A stretch of 64,000 bases of DNA, from assembly GCA_964019335.1 (NCBI GenBank), contig OZ025672.1, forward strand, positions 186,001 to 250,000, in the 5' to 3' direction. The position numbers were made by a program, and so were the translations under genes. The notes below the pieces were generated by a model, which saw only the letters and a program-made list of their open reading frames with translations, did not search any database and had not been told where the DNA came from. Every line of letters starts with the position of its first letter. Position 1 is the stretch's first letter. The stretch is from Diplonema japonicum. Taxonomy: Eukaryota; Protista; Euglenozoa: Diplonemea. This document shows, in pieces, positions 1 to 10,006 of this stretch.

Positions 1-273
1 CACATTACGCAGCCTCATGCCCTCGTCCTCGCAGCGTTCAAAGGTCAACCCCAGACCGTTACCTCCTTCTCGTTCCACTCTGAACATCATCTGCCCTTTT
101 TGCGGAGTCCTTGGGACTGTTTCCTTGCCCGGAGATGGCTGGGGATGCTGTCCCCGTAGGTCGTGCTTGCTAAACCCTAATGGACTTGTATCCATTGTGA
201 CTTGGTGGCGCATGCGGTCCTTTTTCATCTCTGCATGACTGGTGTACCTTCGGGGTGTGTGCGGGGTGTGCAT
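1..273 (-). CDS. 5' part of a probable PDZ-domain protein, running off the window edge
   Basis: My translation from ATG 273 is open to base 1: MHTPHTPRRY...QMMFRVEREGGNGLGLTFERCEDEGMRLRNV. R-x(4-5)-GLGL-x-F resembles the PDZ carboxylate-binding loop. Not in the ORF track because it has no stop in the window. Confidence 0.6.
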   Translation of the reverse strand, partial: MHTPHTPRRYTSHAEMKKDRMRHQVTMDTSPLGFSKHDLRGQHPQPSPGKETVPRTPQKGQMMFRVEREGGNGLGLTFERCEDEGMRLRNV

Positions 274-491
274 CACTTTTCGTTGCAATTATTTAGTTCC
301 CTTTTGATATCTATTTATACGGTTTGGATTGGAACATAATACCAAAAGGGATTAATCAAAGACACAGGGCATGGAAAACCACCGCAAATAACCAAGGGAA
401 GGGGTATTATCTGATCTTTTTAAAGAAATATTGAACACATAATTTCCTATCACCGAACCCTTGGGTGCCATGCTGCCCCGCTCCTGGACAA

Positions 492-527
<36 letters not shown>

Positions 528-1897
528 AACATGATCGTACCAGTGTACCCAAAAAAAGGGGCGCGGGGGGGAAAATGGAAGGGACTACTTTCAATTTGTA
601 CTTAGATGCGCTCATTCACGAAATGCGATTGGAAAGAGAAGCAGAAACACGGACTTCGTGGTGCAAAGAAAGCAGGGGTTTCTTCTTTTCCAAAGACGTG
701 TTACTTTTTTTTTTTCTAGAAGGGGCAAAGGGGGGGGGGGGAAATCTTTTGTCGGGCTGCAAAGAAAGATTCACGGGGGATGTACCCCCCGACTGCAATA
801 TACTGCTTACGAAACAAAGAAAAAAAAAAAAAAGAAAAAAAAAAAAAAAAAAAAAAAAAAAGGAGGGATACCAATAAAAAGGGAAGGACAATACCTCGAA
901 GTGATTTTCCGCTTTTTATCTATAAGAGAAACCCATCCTTTCTTCTTCTTTTTTTTTTCCCCCCCTTCTTTTTTTTTTTTTCTCTTTTTTTTTTCTTTGC
1001 CCACCGGTTATTATTTCACTTTTTTTTTTTCTTTTTCTTTTTATAAATTATTTTTTACTCGTTTTTTTCTCAATATTGGCCCTTTAAAAGGGCTCGTAAA
1101 AAGAAAGTGGGAGGGGGACAAAAAAATAAAGCGGCGAAAAAGTTTTTTTTTTTTAAAAAAGTTAACTTTTACTTCCCAAACACTCCAGTTTTACGCGGTT
1201 TATGCTTTTTTTTTTTTTTTTTTTTTTTTTGAAAAAAAAAAAAAGAATATAAAAAAATGAAGGATCCTCGGCCTGCAAGTGACACAAAACCGATTGGGTA
1301 GTTAGGCATGAGTAGTAAGCAAGACGTTCATGGAAAAAGAAAAGGAAGGAAGTGAACTCATTTCTCATTCAGCGTGGTGGTCTCTCCGACAAGCGATTAT
1401 CGTTTCTTTTCTCCCCCCTTTTTTTTTTTTCTTTTTTTTTCCTACCTATCGCGCAATGAAAGAGTTCTTGTTTCGTGGTCTTTTTATGTATTTTCTTTGA
1501 AGGGAGGGAGAAGAAAAAAAAAAAAAAGAAAAAAAAAGGAAAAAGGGGGGAAATGTAGTGATTAACCCTTATGCGCCCAGGGGGGAGAGCCTTTTCTGTA
1601 AAGTGTTTATTGTTTCCTCCTCAACCCCCTCTCATTCGTTATTCATGAGGCTGGGGGTGGGGGGGCTGACCTCCAACATGATCGTTGTGTGCTGGAACGT
1701 TGATTTTAGTATCTATGAGAGCCTAAAAAAAACTTCTAAAAAAAAAATTCCATTTGAGGCAGTTGGGCGCATAAGGGTTAAGAAAAGAGAAGAAAAAAAA
1801 AAAAAAAGAAACCGATAACTGACCAAACCTGATGAATAGAATAAGAATAAGAAAAGGATATAACACAGGAAACCAAAAAAGAAGAAAAAAAAAAAAA

Positions 1898-3526
1898 TCA
1901 TAACGCTCTTTCTCTGAAGAAGGGAAGCGAAATTCTGAATTTGCAGAATTGCATGAAATTCGCAGGGATATGAGATTGGGACGGCGGTGGAGGTGACACA
2001 CCACGCGTTCTGGCGGACCAAAGCAGCCAGGGACACCACCTGTGGGTATTTTTTTTCTCTCTTTTTTTTTTTTTAAAAACCATACGTTTTGTTGAAGGTA
2101 CTTGCCAACCAAGAGTACTCCCTGATCCCAAAGAATGATTTGGCAAGACATCTGTTTTTTTTTTTTTTTTTTTTTTTTTCTTTCCCCCACCCTCATACTT
2201 GTAAGGCTCCAACGCCGCCATCCAAACATGCCCTGACAACTCCCCACTGGGGGAAGGCCTGTCGATGGTATCCAGCCAAGCCGTGTCGGAATTGAGGTCC
2301 ATTCGCATCTCCGGCGAAACAGTAAGCGAGTTTTTCGGAAGAGCAGATTCGAGACCGGAAAGCAGCTTCGACTTTCTAAACACATAAGTAGGAATGGACG
2401 CCGCACCAGCAGGCTGCGAAGGCCCATTGAGAAGCCATCTAACCGTTTGCGACATCTTGGTAGACGCAGAAGGCGGTGCAGGGATGCTGTCAATATCCGA
2501 CTCAGGTGTTCGAATAGGTGGCGACAAACTCGGTGAAGCAACAGACGAGCTCCGACTTCGTGTAGACAACGGCGACCCGGAGTATACAGGGTAAGAGGAC
2601 AATGAAGGTGTCCTCATGGGGAGAAGAGAAATACGGTTCGGTTCGCTTAGGCTGCTGCACACAGACGCGCTTGATACAGCATCGCAGCTTCCAGTACTGC
2701 TGATGCTCGGCTGAGGGGTTGCAAGCATGAAATAGTCAATATCATCATCTTCAACGGTGAACATTGACTTAAGACTCTCAGCGTCTATCTTGGGAGGTTC
2801 TATCTCTAGCTCTGCTCTGATCGAACCAAGCTCTTCGCTGTCATCGTGTTCGATTTCACCCAGTACCTCACGCATCATGCTTAGTGCTGTTACTTGTGGC
2901 GACAGGTCGGTGTTCCATGTTTCTGTCACTGTTTCCATTGGAAGTTTTTTGCCGGAAAGTTTCTTGTTGTGTTTTTGTATCTCCTTTGCGTTGTTTAGTC
3001 GGAACGCTCTTTGGATCTTCTCCTGGCTTCCACCTGAGGTGCTTATGATTTTTTGCAGTTTTGCCCATCGGCGGGAAGCGTCCTTAGCAGTACGGCCTGG
3101 TAGGAGGTTCAGCTTTTTCGTGATTAACGTCCACTGCGCGCCGTATTTCTGGTGGCACTCGTGGAGTGTTAGATCCTCGTCGATGGACCATTGTAGTTCT
3201 TTGCTGCCTTCCATTTTTGCGGACCATCGGGCGCGGCATTCTCCTTCTGTTTTACCCTCGAAGTACGCCGATACTTTGCGCCAGTCGATGGCGGTTGTCT
3301 CGGACTCCTTCACAAGCTCCTGTAGGACCGCGTCGTCTGTTTCTGTCCACAGTTTGAAGTTCTCGCCTTTTTTGTCCTTTTGCCCTGATTGGCTCATCAT
3401 CCCTATCCCTAGTCCGAGACCTAAATTCACTGACGAGGCACCCAGACCCAGCTGTGTTTTTTGTGTTTTTTTTTTTTTTCTTTTCCTCCATACTTTTAAC
3501 CCCTGGATCACCGCCGTGCCTGCCAT
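1898..3526 (-). CDS. Two-repeat Myb/SANT DNA-binding protein (~497 aa after splicing)
   Basis: Myb repeats WTETDDAVLQELV..DWRKVSAYFEGKTEGECRARW and WSIDEDLTL..YGAQWTLI..LPGRTAKDASRRW, then an S/P-rich tail. The three poly-Lys runs in the ORF are predicted introns 3452-3493 (42 nt), 2152-2198 (47) and 2040-2085 (46), all GTATG...CAG. 47+46 restores the terminal frame. Confidence 0.85.
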   Translation of the reverse strand: MAGTAVIQGLKVWRKRKKKKTQKTQLGLGASSVNLGLGLGIGMMSQSGQKDKKGENFKLWTETDDAVLQELVKESETTAIDWRKVSAYFEGKTEGECRARWSAKMEGSKELQWSIDEDLTLHECHQKYGAQWTLITKKLNLLPGRTAKDASRRWAKLQKIISTSGGSQEKIQRAFRLNNAKEIQKHNKKLSGKKLPMETVTETWNTDLSPQVTALSMMREVLGEIEHDDSEELGSIRAELEIEPPKIDAESLKSMFTVEDDDIDYFMLATPQPSISSTGSCDAVSSASVCSSLSEPNRISLLPMRTPSLSSYPVYSGSPLSTRSRSSSVASPSLSPPIRTPESDIDSIPAPPSASTKMSQTVRWLLNGPSQPAGAASIPTYVFRKSKLLSGLESALPKNSLTVSPEMRMDLNSDTAWLDTIDRPSPSGELSGHVWMAALEPYKYEGGGKKKKKKKKKTDVLPNHSLGSGSTLGWQVPSTKRMVFKKKKREKKNTHRWCPWLLWSARTRGVSPPPPSQSHIPANFMQFCKFRISLPFFRERAL

Positions 3527-3696
3527 GATCCTTTTTCTTTGTTTGCTATATTTTTGTATGACTAGCTTACCCCCTATCCTGTGTGGTTTTCTTTTTTTTT
3601 TTTTTTTTGGAGGGAAAAAAAAAAAAAAAGGACACTTTTTTAATCAGAAAAAAAAAGGGGGGGAGGGGGAACTAGCCAGAAAAACAATAAAAAATA

Positions 3697-4150
3697 TATG
3701 AGTTAAAGGAGGCCGGTGTTGGCGGCGCCCTGCACAAGAACTGTCTACTTGATTACAGGGGGCGCACCGCGGCCGAGTTGTAGCTTCTTCTGCGTTCCGC
3801 GTCGTGTCCTTAATGCGTGCGGTGTACAGCTCAACCCCAGCCGGTGCGTCCCGGGTAACCAAGATTCTGCGCTCGTGCAGTTTGCTGCCTGTTCGTCACC
3901 CTGAGCATCTGCATTATGTTCTTCCACTCGGGCGCTACCGGTGATGACCGACGAGGAGGTCAACAGCGAACAACACATCTGATGTACTTCTTATATTTCC
4001 ATGTTATCCCCACCACCTGAAAAAAAGGAGGGACCAAAAAAAAAAAAAGTCGATGTCACATGCAAACTCCGCGCGAGAGGCCGCAGGCCCCTAGAAGAAG
4101 GGGAGGGGGTATGGTCAGTACTAGGCATCTCTCAGTTTCGGACATATCTC
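3697..4150 (+). repeat. Dispersed repeat family R1, long copy
   Basis: 3697-~4012 matches 32308-~32623 with about 6 mismatches. The distal part (GATGTCACATGCAAACTC...GGACATATCTC) matches ~17158-17253. Confidence 0.9.
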
Positions 4151-4288
4151 AAAAAAGAGTCGGCTGATTGTTGTGCAAGCCGTTTTCACCTACAGTAGGG
4201 ATGAACGGACAAGCTGCCTCTACTCTTTTTTGCAATAACAATTCTTTTCAAAAATTTGTTTACTTGTTCCAGCAAAAAGAAATAATTC

Positions 4289-4370
4289 TTTATAACTATA
4301 TGTCCTTGTTGTTCGCGAGCAAAAAAGGTTTTTAAAAAGCTGCTCGGCACAAGTTGCATATAGTTATAAA
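4289..4370. repeat. Imperfect palindrome / hairpin
   Basis: TTTATAACTATATG (4289-4302) is the exact reverse complement of 4357-4370. Inner arms CTTGT/ACAAG and CGAGCA/TGCTCG also pair. Confidence 0.7.
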
Positions 4371-4399
4371 ATCATTTTTTGAAAGATAAATATTTGTAA

Positions 4400-4446
<47 letters not shown>

Positions 4447-4867
4447 CGATCTGCAATTAAAATCTTTTGTATTCATACTTCTTTCCGCTAGATAGGGACG
4501 GGAGTAGGCTTCAACCCTTTTTTTTTCTTCTTTCTTTTCTTCTCCGTGTTGTAAGGGAGAAGTAATAGGGGGGGAAGGGGGGAGCCTTTTGCTCTCCAAA
4601 GAGCAGCGAAAGAAAAATACAAAAAAAACATTGGTCCCCTAAAACAAAAAAAACAAACAAACAAAAAAAAACGTTGGTGAAAAAGGTCCTTTTTGTTTAA
4701 GTCTCCTTCCCCCCCCCCCCTTTTTGTTTAAGTCTCCTTTCCCCCTCCCCTTTTTTTTCTCTATCCCCCCTCCCTTTTTTTTCTTTTTCCAATGGGCGTC
4801 ACATCCCAGTTAAAGAAAGAGAAAAAAAAAGGGGGGGAACCGGAAAAAAAAAAAAAAAAACCTGTTT

Positions 4868-6400
4868 CTACAGCTTAGGGTACAGCATCTTCACAGCAGA
4901 GGCGACACCAACGGTCGCAAGGAACCCCTTTAGAATTGTCTTCTGTGTCTTGGTAAGGAACCCTGTGATGGTGGCCTTTACAGCAAGGTCGTAGAGGCCC
5001 TCTTTGTACGGGGGGAGCGGGATACCAGGACCTCTTCTGAAGAAGGTGTCCTGCTGAAGGGTGGAACGGAAATGGGTGAATTCCCTGAACCCAAAGGCAC
5101 CATGGTATCCACCAAGACCGGAGGGCCCCACACCACCGAAAGGCAGGTTGTTGTTGGAAACCTGCTCTAATGTGGAGTTGATACACACGCCACCGGACTG
5201 GGTCTTGTCAAGGATATATTGAACGTTTTTCTTATCTTCTGAGAAAACGTAGAGTGCGAGGGGTTTTTTACAGATTTTGTTCATCATGCGCAGAGCGCCG
5301 TCGGTCGTCTCGTAGGTAAGGACAGGGAGGACGGGTCCGAAGATCTCCTCCTGCATGATGGCGTCGCCGAGTGAGGGGTTGACGATGATGGTAGGAGGGA
5401 TGAATCTGTCCTCGCGGGAAATACCAGACCCACCCAGCACGATCTTCCCTGTGGAGGATTGGATAAGACGTTGCACACGGTCCACATGGCGAGCATTGAT
5501 GATGTTCCCCCAGTCTTGCGACGTCGCTGGGTCGGGGTACGACTTCTTCGCCTTCGCCACGAGATCCTCCACAACCTCATCCAACATGGACGTATGAACA
5601 AGGATGTAATCGGGGGCGATGCATGTTTGCCCGCAGTTGATCCACTTCCCCATTGTTATCCTTGCTGTTGCGGTTTTCACCCTTGCTGTTTTGTCGATGA
5701 ACACAGGCGACTTCCCGCCAAGCTCCAACGTGACAGGGGTTAGGTTCTTCGCGGCGGCCTGCATGACGATCTTTGCAACCGCACCGTTTCCTGTGTAGAA
5801 AATATGGTCCCATTCTTGAGCAAGAAGCGCTGTTGTTTCCGGAACAGCGCCCTGCACGACTTTGATGCACTCGGTGTCCATGTACTTGTTGATGAGCTTT
5901 TCAAGAAGCTCGCCGCATGCTGGTGCCATTTCTGATGGTTTAATGACTGCACAGTTGCCTGCTGCGATCATGGATACTAACGGGGTCAACATAAGCTGGA
6001 TGGGGTAGTTCCATGGTGCGATGAGAAGCATTACACCCTTTGGTTCTCGGCGAATAGTGGCCTTCCCGAAGAGTGTCTTTGAGGGTACGCGTTCGGGTGA
6101 TGTCCATGTTTTGAGGTTCTTGATGGCGGTCTCGGCCTCCTCGTGGGCTTGGAATTCAGCAAGCCCGCGGAGTTTTGGCCCGCCGAGGTCCTTCCTCACG
6201 GCCTCTGTCATCGCCTCGTGGTTCTCCTCAATCAGCCTTTTGATCTGCTCCAGCTGGGACCTCCTCCACTCTACTGATTTTGTCTTACCGTTGTCGAACA
6301 CGGTTCTAAGCCCCTCCATCATCCCATTGTATGTTGCGCTGTCCACCGCCGCACCTGCTTCGCCCCTCACAGACATCAGCCCTTGGGTAGTATCGGCCAT
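4868..6400 (-). CDS. Class 3 (fatty) aldehyde dehydrogenase
   Basis: IAPWNYP, KPSE, FYTGN, catalytic ELGGKSP and GQTCIAPDY, EEIFGP and LPFGGVG motifs. C-terminal hydrophobic anchor. 510 aa, intronless. Confidence 0.95.
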   Translation of the reverse strand: MADTTQGLMSVRGEAGAAVDSATYNGMMEGLRTVFDNGKTKSVEWRRSQLEQIKRLIEENHEAMTEAVRKDLGGPKLRGLAEFQAHEEAETAIKNLKTWTSPERVPSKTLFGKATIRREPKGVMLLIAPWNYPIQLMLTPLVSMIAAGNCAVIKPSEMAPACGELLEKLINKYMDTECIKVVQGAVPETTALLAQEWDHIFYTGNGAVAKIVMQAAAKNLTPVTLELGGKSPVFIDKTARVKTATARITMGKWINCGQTCIAPDYILVHTSMLDEVVEDLVAKAKKSYPDPATSQDWGNIINARHVDRVQRLIQSSTGKIVLGGSGISREDRFIPPTIIVNPSLGDAIMQEEIFGPVLPVLTYETTDGALRMMNKICKKPLALYVFSEDKKNVQYILDKTQSGGVCINSTLEQVSNNNLPFGGVGPSGLGGYHGAFGFREFTHFRSTLQQDTFFRRGPGIPLPPYKEGLYDLAVKATITGFLTKTQKTILKGFLATVGVASAVKMLYPKL

Positions 6401-6565
6401 TTTCTTTTTTTTTTTGGGTTTTCTTTTTTGCTTTTGTTTTTGTTTGTTTTGGTGGTTGGAAAAGAATTTAAAAAAAAAGGGGGGGTGTATTTTTTATTTT
6501 CATTGATGGTAAACCTCTCCTTTTTTTTTTCTTCTTCTTTTCCCTTTCCTTTCTCTCTTTTTTCT

Positions 6566-7391
6566 TCAACAAGCTTCTTCCTTCAGCGTGTCCGCGACGA
6601 TTTTTCGTAATGCTGGGGGGTTTTTTTTTTAATTTTTCTTTTTTATTCCCCTTCTTAAGAACGATATACCTACACAAGAACTCACACATAAATTGATGGC
6701 TTTTTCAGTCTGCTCTGGAGGGGTGGTCCCGGTTTGCGAAATGGAGAGGATTGAACCCCGCTGGGGGAAACTGTAAAAAAAAAAAAAAAAAAAAAAAAAA
6801 TGGTAAAAACCACGAAAAAAAACAACATTAAAAACCATACCATGTTACGGTAATGACTGCTGACGACGACCGGATTTCAGAAGGGGTCGGGGTGACCAAG
6901 AGTTCACCTCCAGGCGAGAGGCATACGGAGGCGGCTATGGGCAGCTCGTGAAGTTCTATCCCGGCGTCAGTGAGCGCCAAGGAGGCAGCCATGACTGCCA
7001 AAGGGTATTCGCTGCCAGATAGGGTACGTTCTAAGACAAGAAAGTTTATTTCTATCAGACTTTTGGGGTATTTGTCCTTCAGCACTGCGCCGTTCAACGT
7101 CTCGGAAAGCGCGGACGAGGTATGCCTGTCTCCGGTAGAAGGGTTCCTCTCTTGCCTTTTATCCCGTCTTTCTTCCTCTGCAAATGAGGCCACGTTGTAA
7201 GACACCTTAACGCTGGCTCTCTCTTCGAAATCTCCCACTATCTGCTTCGGGCCGAACACGCTGCATACAATCTTACACCCGTTGTACTCAACATAAGCGG
7301 ATCCTTGGGCATTTCCTAGAATGCCCACTCTGCAGCATGGTGCGTATGTCTCTTCTGGTAGCCTGTTGTCTTCTCGTTTTTTCACTGACAT
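6566..7391 (-). CDS. RNA exosome RNase PH-like subunit (MTR3/RRP41 family), ~232 aa
   Basis: Start MSVKKREDNR. GSAYVE..KIVCSVFGP, YPKSLIEINFLVLE and AASLALTDAGI motifs. Predicted introns 6771-6840 (70 nt) and 6613-6669 (57 nt) add the missing C-terminus ...VTCFPQRGSILSISQTG...AINLCVSSCVALRKIVADTLKEEAC*. Confidence 0.85.
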
Positions 7392-7797
7392 TTTTTTTTT
7401 TTTTTTTTTTTGCCCTTTTTTTGTGTGGTATTTATTTGGGGGGATGGGGAACTTGAATGACCTTTTTTTCTTCTTCCCCTCCCCCCCCCCCTTTTTAGTA
7501 GTCATCGTCGATCTTTTTTCCAAACCGTCCGTTTGCACCATATTTCCCATTTTTCGTGTCGATCTCCCGCCCCTTCATACTGCTCCTTCCAATCGATATT
7601 ACGGCGTAAGCGCTTAGCACGCCAAGGAACGCACCTTTTTTTGTTTTGTTTTGTTTTTTGCTTGTATACCAAAGAGATGTTTTCTCCTCCGAACTGTCTT
7701 GTCCGGTCGCAGCTGGAAATTACTTTTTCCTGCCATTTTTTTTTTTTTTTTTTCCCTCCGCCTTCTTTTTTTAATTCCTTTTTTTTTTTTTCTTCCC

Positions 7798-7835
7798 ACA
7801 GTGAGCACCCCCATGCACACTGAAATTTTATCGAG
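7798..7835 (-). repeat. ~38-bp motif shared, inverted, with 34451-34489
   Basis: Reverse complement CTCGATAAAATTTCAGTGTGCATGGGGGTGCTCACTGT vs 34451 CTCGATAAAATTTCAGTGTGCATGGGGAGCGCTCACTGT. Confidence 0.75.
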
Positions 7836-8217
7836 TATTTTTTTTTTTTTTTGATTTTGTTGAAAATCTTTTCCCGCGTCCATAATTTTAACCGTCCCAA
7901 ATAATTTTCTTCGTACTTTTTTTCAGTACTACCTCGACGAATTCTTAACCTAAAAAAAACCACCACCATCCTCCCCACGCCAACTTGCTAAAGAAAAAAA
8001 GCCAAAAAAAAGGGGATCAAAGAATGAGGGGGGGGGGGGGGGGGGGGGGGGGAGGAGAATATATGGTGGGGGAGACACGGGAGGGGGGGGATATGACGGT
8101 GTATAACGTTAAAATATGTGTTAAAAACATGAGAAAAAAAACTTTTTTTTTTTTGCTTCATATTGCGTTGGAGGAAAAACCTGCGTTTCCCTTATGTATT
8201 CAAATCTGGATTTTTTT

Positions 8218-9000
8218 TTACCAGTTGTTGGTGCCGAAGTACCTGTCGCCAAAATCACCCAACCCCGGCAGGATGTAATGACGCTCATCAAGCACAGGAT
8301 CGACTGAAGAAGTGACGATCTGGGTCTTGGGGAACGCAGTGGTGAAATTCTTGAGACCCTCCGGGCAGCAGACAACATTTACGAACACAATGCGCTCCTC
8401 CTTCACGCCGTGCTGCTTGAGGATGTTAACTGCTTTGATGGCCGACCCCCCTGTGGCAAGCATAGGGTCAAGAAGGAACACCCACCTGTCTTTGATGTCA
8501 GCAGGAAGCTTTGCATAGGAGTACTTGCTGTCTGGCTTCCCTGTTTCTTCGTTTCTTTGAATGAGGATTTTCCCAATACGGACGTCTCTGCAGGTTGTTC
8601 TCAAGGCTGCCTCCATGGACTCACCTGCTCTCATGATGGAAACACCGCATATTTTGGCTGTGAAGCCAAGACCGTCGTATTTTTCGTTGGTGGGGGTGAC
8701 GACTTCGCTCCTTTTGAAGGGTACGAAGCTGAGTGCTTCTTCGATGAGCACTCTCATGAGCCTGTCGGAAAAGAACACGAAGTCCTGTCTGCTTGTGTTC
8801 TTGTCTCTGATGATGGTGTGGATCGCCTTCATCTGGGCTGTCATTGAGAGGACGTGAACGGTCGGGATCTTGTTCCATTCGTTGTTGTTGCCTTTCTTCT
8901 CCAGCGCGCTGGCCGTCCCAGCCCAGAACGACCCCGCCACTACACCAGCCCCCAACCCTGCCCCGCCGAGCACAGCCCTCTTCAAAACAGTTCGGAACAT
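8218..9000 (-). CDS. UPRT: Uracil phosphoribosyltransferase with an N-terminal targeting-like extension
   Basis: HTIIRD..T.R.DFVFFSDRL, SIMRAGESM, GKILIQR, PRPP-binding LLDPMLATGGS and the terminal YILPGLGDFGDRYFGT. Confidence 0.95.
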   Translation of the reverse strand: MFRTVLKRAVLGGAGLGAGVVAGSFWAGTASALEKKGNNNEWNKIPTVHVLSMTAQMKAIHTIIRDKNTSRQDFVFFSDRLMRVLIEEALSFVPFKRSEVVTPTNEKYDGLGFTAKICGVSIMRAGESMEAALRTTCRDVRIGKILIQRNEETGKPDSKYSYAKLPADIKDRWVFLLDPMLATGGSAIKAVNILKQHGVKEERIVFVNVVCCPEGLKNFTTAFPKTQIVTSSVDPVLDERHYILPGLGDFGDRYFGTNNW

Positions 9001-9045
9001 TTTTTTTTTTTTTTTTTTGCTTTTTTTTTTCTTTTTTCGGGCGGG

Positions 9046-9079
<34 letters not shown>

Positions 9080-10006
9080 CGCTGGGTTGCGTGGGGGGGG
9101 AATAAAGGACAGACTGACAGAAAAAAGGGGGGAAAGGGGGGAGGGGGGGATATCTCCTTGCTCCTTATTTTATAAGAAGGGTTATCTAAGAATCTTGAAG
9201 GAAAAAGGGAGGAGATTGGGAGGCAAAGGGGTGGCGTTGACTGGAGAGGGACGGCTTTCTTTTCTTTTCTGGTGATTTTCTTTTTCTCTTACAGTTTTTT
9301 TTTTTTCTTCCCCCTCCCTCTCGTTGAAAAAGAATAATTGATTCTTGGAAAAAAAAGGAGCGAAGGGAAGGTAGAGAAGAACATAGCATTCAGCAGGTAC
9401 TTTGGCCTTTATACAACGCCTGAACTTCTAACGACTTCGCCCCTTTTTGTCATTCTGTATTTTTTTTTTCTTTTTTTCTTCGACTTCAACTCCCATTTCC
9501 TTCTTCTTTCGATTCTTTAGCTAAAAAGAACGAATTTCTCTCTCGACTGTTTTTTTCCCCTTGTATCCCCTCTCAGTAACCACCACCCTCTTAAACCTCT
9601 TTTATTCTTCCCTGTGTCCCTCTCTTCACAACCTTTATTTCCCCCCACTTTTCTATTTCAAAGAATACAATTTCCTTTCTTTGCACTTTATAGAAACCTC
9701 CCAATGTTCCTCACTGGGTATTTTCTTTATTTCTTTACTTTTTGTTTTATTTTATATTTTTCTTTTTCCCCTAGGAGGACCGAATGTAAGAGAGAACCTA
9801 AAACAAGGACTTTTTTTCAAAAAGAATATTCAAATATAAAAATAAAAAAGTGGGGGTGGCGGTAGAACGTGACCACCATTTTTCTTCTTCTTCTTTTTTT
9901 TCATGTTCTTCAATAATAGAAATAAAAAAATAAAAAATAAAAAAACTATACAACAGCAGGAAGGAGGGGGAAGGGTTCACAAATAGCAACAAAAAAAAAA
10001 AGAAAA

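Noticed and set aside
352-1818. Many ORFs rich in poly-Lys, poly-Phe, poly-Gly or poly-Pro, here and in all spacers
   Set aside because: They are translations of homopolymer runs, which lack stop codons. They have no domain-like sequence.
2757-3701. Long plus-strand ORFs (314 aa here; also 43108-43992 and 12182-12805)
   Set aside because: Antisense shadows of well-supported minus-strand genes.
3710-3790. Possible HDV-like or hammerhead ribozyme at the start of R1, as in ingi/SIDER signatures
   Set aside because: I could not build the P1-P4 nested pseudoknot or a complete CUGAUGA/GAAA core. An Infernal search would be needed.
3941-3982. C-box (GTGATGA) and D-box (CTGA) pair inside repeat R1, suggesting a C/D snoRNA
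   Set aside because: The boxes are only ~31 nt apart with no terminal stem. The C box is missing in the 37288 and ~50890 copies, and the motif is embedded in a longer repeat.
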